From Pirellulales bacterium (GTDB lineage: Bacteria; Planctomycetota; Planctomycetia; Pirellulales; PNKZ01): a DNA stretch of 64,000 nucleotides. Numbering within the stretch: the stretch's first letter is position 1; each line of letters starts with the position of its first letter. A program made the translations under genes and the position numbers. A model generated the notes under the pieces. That model did no database searches, had not been told where the DNA came from, and saw only the letters and a list, made by a program, of their open reading frames with translations. Below, one piece after another: positions 36,148-45,403 of this stretch. The stretch is taken from assembly GCA_036272935.1 (NCBI GenBank), contig DATAXP010000009.1, forward strand, positions 6,876 to 70,875. Reading direction: 5' to 3'.

Positions 36148-37785
36148 ATGGAACAGAAGAGCGATAGCGGCAGCTTCACCGCCGCTGGATTGAAGGCGGC
36201 AGCGACGTCATCGCCCGCGGGCAGACCGAGCCCGCACAGCGAGCCGCTGCTGGAACTGGCCAGGAAAAAATTCGGCGCGCTCACCGACGGCGAGCAGCGG
36301 TTCTTTCGCGCCGTGGTCGACGGCCGATTTCCTGATTACAGCTCGCCCACTGCCGCGGAGAACGACCCTGCCGACGCCGCCAACTGGTCCGCCAAGCGTG
36401 TGCTGTCGGCCGAAAAGATCGCGTGGTTGGCGACGGACCTCGAAGCGTCGCGGTTCGTCACGCATCGCGGCATCGGCATCAAGGGCGCGCGCATCGAAGG
36501 GCGGCTCGACTTGCAAGCGGCGAACATTGTGTTCGCGCTCTACTTCGATCGCTGCGTGCTGGCCTCAGGGTTGAACCTGCTTGGAGCCGAGATTCACGCG
36601 CTCAATCTCAGCGGCAGCCACGTCGGGCGCATCACGGCCGATGGCATGAAGGTGGAAGGGGGTGTGTTCCTGCGCGCAGGATTCAAGTCGACGGGGCACG
36701 TGCGGTTGCTGGGAGCGCACATCGGCGGCAATCTCGATTGCGAAGCGGGACACTTCGCGAATCCCGGCGGCGAGGCGCTGGCGATCGACGGCGCGCAGAT
36801 CGCCGGCAGCGTGCTGCTCAACCGCCGGTTCGTCGCCGACGGCCAGGTGCGCCTGCTCGGGGCCGAGATCGGCGGCAACCTGAGCTGCGACGCCGGCGTG
36901 TTCATCAACGTCGGCAAGGAGGCGCTGCTGGCCGATCGGCTGAAGGTCGACGGCAATGTATTCCTCAGCGATGGCTTTCAGCCGCGGGGGCGCGTCGCGC
37001 TGCCGTCGGCCATCATCCACGGGTTCGTCGTCTGGCAGAACGTTGCCGGTCCCGAAAATACCACGCTCGATCTGCGCAGCGCCAAGATCGGTACGTTGTG
37101 GATCGGCCGCGAAAGCTGGCCCGCACAGGGACACCTGCTGCTGCACGGCCTGACCTACGACGAACTCGACGATCGCAGTTCGCTCGACGCACGGCTGTGG
37201 ATCGAGTGGCTGCGGCTGCAACCGCCGATCCCCTTCCGACCGCAGCCGTACGAGCAGCTTGCCGCCGTACTGCGCAAGGACGGCCAAGACTCCGACTCCA
37301 AGAAAGTGCTGTTCGCCAAGGAGCACGACCGGGCGCATCGCGCGCCATTGAGCTGGTCGCAGGTGCCGTGGTATCGGCTGTTCGGTCCGCTGATCGGCTA
37401 CGGGTACAAGCCCTGGCGGGCGTTTTGGGTGAGCCTGGCTGTGATCATCTGCGGATGTGTGCTGTTCGGCATCGGCGCGCACTTCGGGCTGATGACGCCG
37501 GCCAAGGCCGAGGCGTTCGTCGCCGACGGCAAGGGTGGCGCGGTCGTGTCGAACCACTACCCGGCGTTTTCGGCGTTCGTGTACTCGCTCGACACATTCA
37601 CCCCGCTGATCGATCTGGGGCAGGCCGATTACTGGCTGCCAAATGCCACGAACGGCAGCGACGTGGCGCTGGGCGTGACCACCGGAGCGCTATTGCGCAC
37701 CTACATGTGGTTTCACATCATCGCCGGCTGGATTCTGTCGACGCTGCTGTTCGTCGGCCTCAGCGGAACGGTGCCCGGGGCGTAA
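36148..37785 (+). CDS. Beta-solenoid repeat membrane protein of unknown function
   Basis: ~60-aa repeats (ADG.KV.G.VFL..GF...G.VRL.GA.IGG.L), PQPYEQLA, GYGYKPWRA, YSLD...P.IDLGQ and C-terminal TMs. Confidence 0.8.
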   Translation: MEQKSDSGSFTAAGLKAAATSSPAGRPSPHSEPLLELARKKFGALTDGEQRFFRAVVDGRFPDYSSPTAAENDPADAANWSAKRVLSAEKIAWLATDLEASRFVTHRGIGIKGARIEGRLDLQAANIVFALYFDRCVLASGLNLLGAEIHALNLSGSHVGRITADGMKVEGGVFLRAGFKSTGHVRLLGAHIGGNLDCEAGHFANPGGEALAIDGAQIAGSVLLNRRFVADGQVRLLGAEIGGNLSCDAGVFINVGKEALLADRLKVDGNVFLSDGFQPRGRVALPSAIIHGFVVWQNVAGPENTTLDLRSAKIGTLWIGRESWPAQGHLLLHGLTYDELDDRSSLDARLWIEWLRLQPPIPFRPQPYEQLAAVLRKDGQDSDSKKVLFAKEHDRAHRAPLSWSQVPWYRLFGPLIGYGYKPWRAFWVSLAVIICGCVLFGIGAHFGLMTPAKAEAFVADGKGGAVVSNHYPAFSAFVYSLDTFTPLIDLGQADYWLPNATNGSDVALGVTTGALLRTYMWFHIIAGWILSTLLFVGLSGTVPGA

Positions 37786-37841
37786 CGTAACAGATCACGA
37801 AGGTTGCTTGGCGGGCGAAATCGCATTTCACGATTGGGAGC

Positions 37842-37903
37842 GGGCGCCACTGGCTCCGCCAGTGATGCTGGCCAACCGAGCACTGGCGGAGCCAGTGGCA
37901 CCC
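37842..37903. repeat. REP-like palindrome (GCCACTGGCTCCGCCAGTG family)
   Basis: Inverted pair; second copy at 50427-50481. Confidence 0.7.
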
Positions 37904-37945
37904 TCGGCCAGGCCGTCTGTACGCTACACAATCATGACACGCAGC

Positions 37946-38503
37946 CTACTGGCCAATTGGTCCGTCGATCGTGATGCTGTCGCCGCCGTGGTGTATCCAG
38001 CGCTGCTTGGGCTCGACCGGCCCGATTCCCCATACCTTGAAGTATTCGCCGCCGCCGGCAAGCTCGAGCCAGAGCTGTTTGTTGCTTGGAAGCTATAAAT
38101 AGAGTCGGCTTGAACCGGTGCCTCCCCAATAGATCCTGCCCGATTCGAGCAACGTAGTCGCCAAGAATGGCGCGCAGTTCCGCTTCCTGCATGCCTAGTT
38201 CCAGACGCGCGACACGCGAATCACGCTGTCTGGGACCGGTTTCAGAACCGATTCGGACGCAATTGCCTGCTTGTTCGACAGTGCCGAATCTCCGGCACTC
38301 GCCGCGATGGCTGGCACCTGCGACGCGGGTGCTGGAACCGGCTCTGATTGACGTTGAACATAGCAAGCGACGCCGAGCGCAAGATCGATCGCCAACAAGA
38401 GTAGCATTGCACGGCCCAACCGATGGGCTGGCACATTGCCTGCGACGCCGCTTTCGTGCTTTTTAGCTTTCGTGTTTTCGCGATGGTCTGTCGGTGCCGT
38501 CAT
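37946..38503 (-). pseudogene. Probable disrupted membrane-anchored hypothetical gene
   Basis: TM-bearing ORF ends at TAG 38195. The same frame resumes as TLLESGRIYWGGTGSSRLYL*LPSNKQLWLEL...HHGGDSITIDGPIGQ*. The intervening RVARLELGMQEAELRAILG lies in another frame. Confidence 0.45.
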
Positions 38504-38506
38504 GAT

Positions 38507-40033
38507 TTACGCTAGTGCCGCGCGGGTGCGGGCTACCAGCTTGTTGTCGGGTTCCGTCGAGCCGCGCAGGTTGAACACGCTCGAAGCCAGGAACTGAGCG
38601 CGCCACCGCGGCGACACGTGCTGGTAATCTTCCAGCACCGCGGAGCTGAACTTGTAATCGTGGGCGTTCGTGCCTTTGAGAAAGATCAGCACGCGGGCTG
38701 CGTCGATTAGTTCGGTCGGCTGGGTGTGCTCGTCGACGTACGACAACACCTTGGCGGCGGCCGCCAGCGGCGCGGCGTCGACATCGGCGAAGATTTCTCC
38801 CACGGCGTCGGCGCCCGAATGCTCGAGCGGCTGCGGCTCAAGCGTTGCGAGGTTACGATCGGCCAACTTGTTGCGGCTGCGCGTCGCTTCGCGAAATAGC
38901 GGCAGGAACGCGGCATTCTGCAACAGCAGCATCCGCCGCGTGTCGTCGTTGCCGCTGGAGCGCCAGGCGTAGTGCAAGGCATTGGTCGAGGTGAGCGCGT
39001 GGATCGGCACAATGCCCGGTGCTCGCATCAATAACTCGCCGCCAGCCAGAAACAGCGCGTCCCACAGCGCCTGCGGGGCGATGCCGGCGTTGGATAACTC
39101 GACGACTTTTTCCGAGGCGTCGTCGGCTGAGCCAGTGCGCAGCACTTCCCAAAATGCTTCGGTCGCTTTCGCATCGACACGGCCATCGAGCCAGTCGTTA
39201 CGCATGCGCTTCGCGCGCTCGGCATTCGCACGCCAGGGACGGTCGGGCTCGCCGTCGCGGCGACTGGGGTTCTCACCCTCATGCTGCAACAGCGCGTAGG
39301 CCAGCGATCGCAACACCGGCTCGGCATGCTGCCAGCCGATGCAATCGAGCGTCCGCCGGCTGTTGGCGACGTAGATCGCCTTGTGGCCGATGTCGCGGAA
39401 GTCGCGCGCCCCGTAGCGATAGAACAGCTCGTAGATCTCTTGCGCGCCGCCGGAGCGCGCCAAGGCGGCGATCGAAGCATCGGCCTTATCTTCGTCCCAA
39501 GCATCCATGGCGGCGACGAAATCGCCCCGCGCCTGGTCGGCGTGCGGCACACGGTCTTCGCGCACCGCTGGCAGCGACCAGGGGCGTTGCCGCTGCTGCT
39601 GGGCTTGTGTGTCTTTGAAATAATCGAGCGCCCAGAAGATCGGCAGCCAACGGTGCGCGTCGGGGCTGGCGATGCTCGCCAGATGGGCCGAGTTGACGAC
39701 CAGCACGCCGTGAAACTTGAACCCCACGTCGGGGCGTGGCGCGATGTTGCGCACGCCGGCCAGCAAGAGCGCCGCCAGCACGCGCTGGTATGGCGCGCCG
39801 CTGCGGATCCGCCCGGCGACTTCCTCCAGAAGCCTTTCGCGCGGCGTCTCTTCCAGCAGCCGCACGAGGGGTTCGATGTCGGCATCGAACTGCACGCGCG
39901 ACGTGTCGAGCCGGGCTTCGTCGGCCGATACGGGGTTCAGCCGGTCGAGAAACGCCAGGTCGGCCGCCGGCAGCGCCAGTCCCGCCGCTGCCGTCCGAGC
40001 CAAGAAACGCCTCCGTACTGGGTCGATCGCCAT
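38507..40033 (-). CDS. Tat-exported hypothetical protein with repeated His motifs
   Basis: MAIDPVRRRFLARTAAAGLAL Tat signal; start re-assigned. Confidence 0.8.
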   Translation of the reverse strand: MAIDPVRRRFLARTAAAGLALPAADLAFLDRLNPVSADEARLDTSRVQFDADIEPLVRLLEETPRERLLEEVAGRIRSGAPYQRVLAALLLAGVRNIAPRPDVGFKFHGVLVVNSAHLASIASPDAHRWLPIFWALDYFKDTQAQQQRQRPWSLPAVREDRVPHADQARGDFVAAMDAWDEDKADASIAALARSGGAQEIYELFYRYGARDFRDIGHKAIYVANSRRTLDCIGWQHAEPVLRSLAYALLQHEGENPSRRDGEPDRPWRANAERAKRMRNDWLDGRVDAKATEAFWEVLRTGSADDASEKVVELSNAGIAPQALWDALFLAGGELLMRAPGIVPIHALTSTNALHYAWRSSGNDDTRRMLLLQNAAFLPLFREATRSRNKLADRNLATLEPQPLEHSGADAVGEIFADVDAAPLAAAAKVLSYVDEHTQPTELIDAARVLIFLKGTNAHDYKFSSAVLEDYQHVSPRWRAQFLASSVFNLRGSTEPDNKLVARTRAALA

Positions 40034-40090
40034 GGCCGCGCTCCTTATGTTCGCTTCCCCCAGCGGAAAGCATAGCGCGCCGCGCGGCGC

Positions 40091-40133
40091 AAAAAAAGAA
40101 GCCCCTGCAAGCCCACGGAAGGCCGGCAGGGGC
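40091..40133 (-). terminator. Intrinsic terminator after the CAP gene
   Basis: GCCCCTGC...GCAGGGGC stem with an A-rich tract at 40091-40100. Confidence 0.7.
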
Positions 40134-40172
40134 GCTACGAGATGGAATGGTTGTTGACGGCCTTCCGTGGGC

Positions 40173-40823
40173 TTACCGGAACTGCTGCGTCCACATACCG
40201 TTGTGGTACCCGACGCCAATGTAACGGTAGCTCGGGTTCAGCATGTTGGCCCGGTGGCCGCTGCTGTGGTACCACTGCTGCGTGACGCTGGCGGCGTTGG
40301 GCTGGCCCATGGCGATGTTCTCGCCCGACCATCCCGAGGTGCCGCCGTGGCGGAACCCGTAGCGGTGACGCATGTTCCACGAGTGGGTGAACGCCGTTCG
40401 CAGCAGCTCGCGCATTGGCTGCAACGGCGGCAGCCGATGGACCTGGCGATAGCGGTTGCACTCGCAGACCATCTCCCAGCTCACGTCGTCGAGATACCAG
40501 TGGCAAAGCTTGGTGACCTCGATCACCCCGCCGTCGTGGTACATCCCCTCGACCTTCACAGGATCGCTGCCGCAATCCTTCAGCCAGGAAAGCTGACTGT
40601 CGGCAACCTGCAAGATATAGCTGTCCTGCGATTCGAACCGCTGGACACGATACTCGGTATCCCCTTCCTTTTCGGGCATTACCAAGTAGCCCTCGATCGT
40701 CACCGACGTGTTGTGAAACGGCGTGTGCAATGGGTCCTTGAACTCATTGACCGGTCCACCGTCGGTCCGAGCCGCCAAACACACCACCATTGCTACGACC
40801 AAACTCCGTTGAACGAAACTCAA
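40173..40823 (-). CDS. CAP (SCP) domain secreted protein
   Basis: N.YR..H.LPPL, HS..M, ENIA.GQ, W..S.GHRANML...Y..IGVG; TTG start at 40823 with a GGAGG RBS. Confidence 0.85.
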   Translation of the reverse strand: MSFVQRSLVVAMVVCLAARTDGGPVNEFKDPLHTPFHNTSVTIEGYLVMPEKEGDTEYRVQRFESQDSYILQVADSQLSWLKDCGSDPVKVEGMYHDGGVIEVTKLCHWYLDDVSWEMVCECNRYRQVHRLPPLQPMRELLRTAFTHSWNMRHRYGFRHGGTSGWSGENIAMGQPNAASVTQQWYHSSGHRANMLNPSYRYIGVGYHNGMWTQQFR

Positions 40824-41228
40824 AGCACCACCTCCTCGCCCCTCGGTCCTCGGTTGGCCCCTTTGCCTTTTCCGAGCAGCCGACCGCCATGGCCGAATTG
40901 CCCAAAACACGTATCCAGAAACCTCAACGAAATCGTTAAGTTCCCAAGGAAAGCGGCCCAGGCTAGCCCGACAAAAAGCCATCTTCAACCGCCCGGCTGG
41001 TCAATATGTTCCACCCATATGCGGGGATTCCTGACGAGGAGCCGGCGCAACTCCTGCCCTGGACGGTGACTACCGTTCGCGGGCTTTCAGCCACATTTCT
41101 GCAAAAAATGCCATTTCCTTACGGAAACGAGCAGCAATCTCGCAAAAGGCTAACAGGCGTTCAGTAGCTTGGTGGTGTGTGGCGTCGAAGTCCGACAACT
41201 CGGAACATTCGATTTTCAGGAGGATGCC

Positions 41229-41441
41229 ATGATCAGTTTCGCGCGACCGATTCCGGCAGCGGCAAGTGATCGACCGGATGGCACGACCGAGCGGCTGCCT
41301 CGAACTGAGGCCGATCCACCGGCCTGTCCCCACTGTTTGGGGGCGTTGATTGATATTCGCGGCCAGTTGCAATGCTCCGTTTGCCATGCACTTTGCGACA
41401 GCGTGTGCGACGGCGATCCCTGGTGGCCGATCCCGCGCTGA
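41229..41441 (+). CDS. Small Cys-rich (Zn-ribbon-like) protein
   Basis: AGGAGG RBS; CPHC...CSVC...CDSVC in 70 aa. Confidence 0.6.
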   Translation: MISFARPIPAAASDRPDGTTERLPRTEADPPACPHCLGALIDIRGQLQCSVCHALCDSVCDGDPWWPIPR

Positions 41442-41624
41442 TGCTGCCCCAGGCCTCGTGTTGCCATCGGAGCAGATGGCCGTGACGACGGACCTTGCGG
41501 CCCCGATGGTTAGAGCGGTTTCATGTTTGGTGTAGCGGAATTTCGCAGCTAGCACCGCCAGAATCCTCGTGAAACATCGCATGGATTGGCGTGCTAGCGT
41601 CGCCATAGCTATCGTGAAACCGCT

Positions 41625-43220
41625 CTAGCCGTTGCCGACCGGCGACCAGCCCAGGGCGAATGCCGCGCGCAGCACGCACCAGATCACGATGCCGCAGAGC
41701 AGGTCGAGCCCCATGCCAGCGACGATCATCCGCCGTGCCGGGATCAACCCCGAGCCATAGACAATGGCGTTCGGCGGGGTCGATACCGGCAGGGCCGACC
41801 CGAAGCTGGCGCCGAACGTGACCCCCATCAACGGCGGCAACGGCTCGACGCCTGCCGTCTGGCAGATCGACCACACCACCGGGATTAGCGTGCTGGCGGT
41901 GGCCGCGTTGCTGGTGAACTCGCTGAGCACAATGCCGCCGGCGATTGCCAGGGCGGTGACGACCCACACGTCCTCGCTGCCGGCGGTGCGCAGTGTCACC
42001 TCGCCCAACACCTGCGTCAGCCCGGTTTTCATCATCAGGCTACCCAGCGACAAGCCGGCACCGAACAGCAGCAGCGTGCTCCAGTCGATCGCGGCAAAGT
42101 CGTCCGCGGAAAGCGAAAATCGCCGCTGCTGCCAATCGACCGGCAACAGAAACAACGCCACCGGGATCATCAGCGCCACGATCTCCTCAGGCAGATGCAC
42201 CGCGACCCAATCCTGCGTCGACTTGTCCGCCACGATCGCCAACACGCCAGGCGTAAGCCACAACCCAACGGCGGCCAGGAACACGACCAACGTGTTCTTC
42301 TCGCCCGTATTCCATGCACCCAGGCACCGGCGCTCGGCGTCGAGATACTCGCGCAGCGCCGGCAAGTCGATCCGGGCCGACGGTGCTTGCAGCCGCAACC
42401 ACAGGAACAGGCCGACGAAGATCGCCGTCATCATCGGCAGCCCGACGATGCTCCAGCGCAGGAAGTCGACCGACTGCCCCAGGAACTCGGGGCGGCGAAA
42501 GAAGCCCATCGCCACCACGTTGGTCGTCGTGCCGATCGGCGTGGCGATGCCGCCAACACTCGAAGCGTAGGCGGTCATCAGCAACAGAGCACTGGCATAC
42601 GGCGAACGGGCGAAGCCGGCCTGCTGGTCGGGTCGTCTGCCGTCGCCGCCGGTCGCCAGCACCGCGATGATGCCCATCGTCACCGGGTAGATCATCGCGG
42701 TGGCTGCCGTGTTACTGATACACATCGACACCAGCCCCACCGAAAGTCCGACGGCCAGCAGCACGGTCGCCGGCGAGTGCCCCGCCCAGCGCGTACACAG
42801 AATCGACAAGGCGACGCGCCGATCAAGCCCGTGAACCGTCATCGCACGCCCCAGGAACATGCCGCCAAGCAAGAAGAACAGCGCCGGATCGCCGAACGGT
42901 GCCAGGGCGGTGCGCGCCGATTGAAAGCTGCTCGTGCCGTCGTCGGGCACCGCGCCAAGAAACACAGCCAGCCCGACTGCCAGCAAACCGGTCGCGGCGA
43001 TCGGAATCGGCTCGGTCAGCCACCAGACGATCGTCAGCAACATGATGCCCGACAACCGGAGTGCTTCGGGCGTGAGCAGTTCGTGCGGTCCCCACACGAA
43101 CCACGCCAGCATTGTCGCCGGGCCGAGCACCAGCCCGATGCGATCGAGCGGCAGCGGGCTGCTGGCTTCAGGCTCCAGGCTACAGGCTTCGGGCCCCGGG
43201 TCACTGGAAGAAGTGTTCAC
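41625..43220 (-). CDS. DASS/SLC13 family sodium-coupled anion symporter
   Basis: WWLTEPIP, SNTAATAM, SVGGIATPIGT..N, EFTSNAA, LPVSTPPNAIVYG; start uncertain. Confidence 0.9.
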   Translation of the reverse strand: MNTSSSDPGPEACSLEPEASSPLPLDRIGLVLGPATMLAWFVWGPHELLTPEALRLSGIMLLTIVWWLTEPIPIAATGLLAVGLAVFLGAVPDDGTSSFQSARTALAPFGDPALFFLLGGMFLGRAMTVHGLDRRVALSILCTRWAGHSPATVLLAVGLSVGLVSMCISNTAATAMIYPVTMGIIAVLATGGDGRRPDQQAGFARSPYASALLLMTAYASSVGGIATPIGTTTNVVAMGFFRRPEFLGQSVDFLRWSIVGLPMMTAIFVGLFLWLRLQAPSARIDLPALREYLDAERRCLGAWNTGEKNTLVVFLAAVGLWLTPGVLAIVADKSTQDWVAVHLPEEIVALMIPVALFLLPVDWQQRRFSLSADDFAAIDWSTLLLFGAGLSLGSLMMKTGLTQVLGEVTLRTAGSEDVWVVTALAIAGGIVLSEFTSNAATASTLIPVVWSICQTAGVEPLPPLMGVTFGASFGSALPVSTPPNAIVYGSGLIPARRMIVAGMGLDLLCGIVIWCVLRAAFALGWSPVGNG

Positions 43221-43352
43221 GCCATCCGCCTTTCCCTGTAGCCTGTAGCCCGGCACCCGAACTGCACTGGCATTGCCGAGCGGAATCACTAAAATAAAGC
43301 CCGAGTTTGTGTTGCGTCCACAGTATTCTTGCGCTGGCGCGCATGGTCGACC

Positions 43353-44081
43353 GTGGCTAAAACCTTGTCATCCGCCCCGGTATCCGACCGTCCTGCCACC
43401 GACGACGCGACACCCGAGCTGATCGATCTTCTCGATCCCTGGACGGCCGGCCTGCTGGCGTGGCTCGTGCCGGGTTGGGGGCACTGGTACCAAGGTCGCC
43501 GCCCGAAGGCGATTCTGTTCTTCCTTTGCATTTTCGGCACGTTCGCCTTCGGCTGTTACCTGGGCGAGACGCGCGTGGTCTACGCCTCGTGGCGGCCGCA
43601 GGATCATCGCCCGGCATATCTCTGCCAGGTGGCGGTCGGCCTGCCGGCCCTGCCGGCCTTGGTGCAAGCGTGGCGGTTTCGCGACCCGAACCTGCAAATC
43701 GAAGCCGCCGAGCGCGACGCCGAACATCATGCGCGGCTTGGCGATTGGTTTATGGCGCCGCCGTTCGTGCTCGATACCGAACTGTTCAACCGCGGTCCGG
43801 CCAATGCTTACGAGCAAGACCAACGAACTCTGCAGCAGCGGCTGTTGCGGATCTTCAATCCCGGGCAGGTTGCTGCCGATGACCAGGCCGACGAACTCGA
43901 CCTGCTCAACAAGCGGCTGAACCGTTACTTCGAATTCGGCACGGTCTACACAATGATCGCCGGCCTGCTCAACATCCTGGCCATCTACGATGCCATCGGC
44001 GGCCCCGCGCAAAGCGATCCGGTCGCGGCCAAGCGCCGCCGCAAGCAAGACGCCGACGAAACCGCGGAGCATGCCGCCTGA
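43353..44081 (+). CDS. Membrane protein (DUF6677-like)
   Basis: LAWLVPG.GH.YQGR..K and GTVYTMIAGLLNILAIYDA. Confidence 0.75.
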   Translation: MAKTLSSAPVSDRPATDDATPELIDLLDPWTAGLLAWLVPGWGHWYQGRRPKAILFFLCIFGTFAFGCYLGETRVVYASWRPQDHRPAYLCQVAVGLPALPALVQAWRFRDPNLQIEAAERDAEHHARLGDWFMAPPFVLDTELFNRGPANAYEQDQRTLQQRLLRIFNPGQVAADDQADELDLLNKRLNRYFEFGTVYTMIAGLLNILAIYDAIGGPAQSDPVAAKRRRKQDADETAEHAA

Positions 44082-44095
44082 CGCGGCGCCAAGCG

Positions 44096-44290
44096 ATGCT
44101 GCTGGCCGTGCACATCAACGACCTTTGGTACGCCCTGCCGCTGATCGTCTCGGTGTCGCTCGTTTACTCGGCGACGCGGGCCGAGCAGATGCGGCCGATC
44201 CTCACCCAGGCACTCCGCTTCGGCACGTGGGTTCTTGGCTTCATGGCTGCGGCCTTCGCGGTGCTCTACTGGCTATCGGCCCGGCCTTGA
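44096..44290 (+). CDS. Small two-TM membrane protein
   Basis: LWYALPLIVSVSLVYSATR.E; co-oriented 14 bp after the upstream gene. Confidence 0.65.
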   Translation: MLLAVHINDLWYALPLIVSVSLVYSATRAEQMRPILTQALRFGTWVLGFMAAAFAVLYWLSARP

Positions 44291-44355
44291 ATCTCCCGCT
44301 GCCCGCCGCGGGAGAGGGCCGGGGGGAGGGGGCATTGAAGCATGTACCCGCCTGC

Positions 44356-44552
44356 GTTTCGGCGCGGGTCTCCGACCCCGCCGTTATCCGACCGAAGGTC
44401 TCCTAGCAGTCCGTTGATTTATTGCACGACGGACATATGCACCCACGAAACACTCGATCGCCAGAAAGCTAGCAACAACTCCTCTGGGTATTTTTCAACA
44501 GGCTGCTAGCACACCCGACAAAGACGGTGGGGTCGGGAGACCCGCGCCGAAC
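44356..44552. repeat. Inverted REP pair (CGGCGCGGGTCTCCGACCCC) flanking a MITE
   Basis: GTTTCGGCGCGGGTCTCCGACCCCGCCG versus CGGTGGGGTCGGGAGACCCGCGCCGAAC. Confidence 0.65.
44403..44509. mobile_element. Putative MITE / IS-end remnant
   Basis: Terminal inverted repeats CTAGCAGTCCGTTGA / TCAACAGGCTGCTAG (13/15), with CTAG at both ends. Confidence 0.55.
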
Positions 44553-44767
44553 GCGGCTGGGGCGTGGGTACAAACTCGCGCCGCCGACCTCGGGTCAATC
44601 CCCCCGGCGCGGCCACGAGTTTGTACCCCGCCCTGAGACCGGGGGTAACGGGTACAAATTCAACGCAAATCCCCCCCGGTCAAATTAGTACCCACTTTGC
44701 TCAAAAGCGCTACAAATTCAACTTCCGCCGTCACGCCACCAACTTGTCAAAGAGCGTTCATGTGCGC

Positions 44768-44833
44768 CAGCAGGCATTCCTGCCTGCCTTCCCGTCGCGC
44801 ACCTTAGCGGCAGACAAGAATGTCTGCCCCACG
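44768..44833. repeat. REP-like palindrome (GGCAGACAAGAATGTCTGCCCCAC family)
   Basis: Same motif at 51989-52056. Confidence 0.7.
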
Positions 44834-44845
44834 CGGAGTCGCCTC

Positions 44846-45218
44846 GCCCCCTCACCCTAACCCTTTCCCCGAAGGCTAAGCCTTGCCCACAATCTTCATC
44901 GGCTATGCGCAGGATGGGTGGTGCTGCGTACTCGGAGACGGTTGCGCCAAGAGGGGTCCATGCCCGCCGTTGCCTCCTCGCCCCATCGGGGAGAGGAAAT
45001 GGTCGCCGCCAGGCGACCGAGGAGAGGGCGAAGGGGACGCTGCCCATGCTCAGCGAGCTTACCCGAGAGTCGTCGGGCATGCGCGCTCGATGCAATGGTG
45101 CGCCGTCACTTCGCCCTCATCCGGCCTTCGGCCACCTTCCCCCGGAGGGGGAAGGATCAACTTGCACGCCGTCGCCACACATCTTGCGGGCAAGGCTTAG
45201 CCCCGAAAGGGAGAGGGA
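44846..45218. repeat. Cluster of family-1 REP-like hairpins
   Basis: CCCTCACCCTAACCCT, CCCTCATCCGGCCTTCGGCCACCTTC and GGGAGAGGGA units. Confidence 0.6.
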
Positions 45219-45403
45219 ACTGGTGGCTCGCTTGATTTCAGTTCGACGATTTGTGGTGCGTTGTCGGTCGTGCCTGTGGGGCAGCTCGCGCAGGAGCCGC
45301 AGCCGGCCGCTCGCTTGCGGGCCAGTGCTCGGCGCATCTGCCGTGCGAGATACGCCGCTGCCGCGAGTACGATCGTCGCGACAACGATGTCTTGCCAGCT
45401 CAT
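45197..45403 (-). CDS. FeoB-associated Cys-rich membrane protein
   Basis: MSWQDIVVATIVLAAAAYL...GCGSCASCP; ATGA overlap with feoB. Confidence 0.8.
   Translation of the reverse strand: MSWQDIVVATIVLAAAAYLARQMRRALARKRAAGCGSCASCPTGTTDNAPQIVELKSSEPPVPSPFRG

Noticed and set aside
37808-38098. 96-aa plus-strand ORF
   Set aside because: It starts across a REP palindrome, and the opposite strand gives the more protein-like reading.
44291-45218. CRISPR array
   Set aside because: The repeats are palindromic and heterogeneous, with no constant direct repeat-spacer period and no cas genes.
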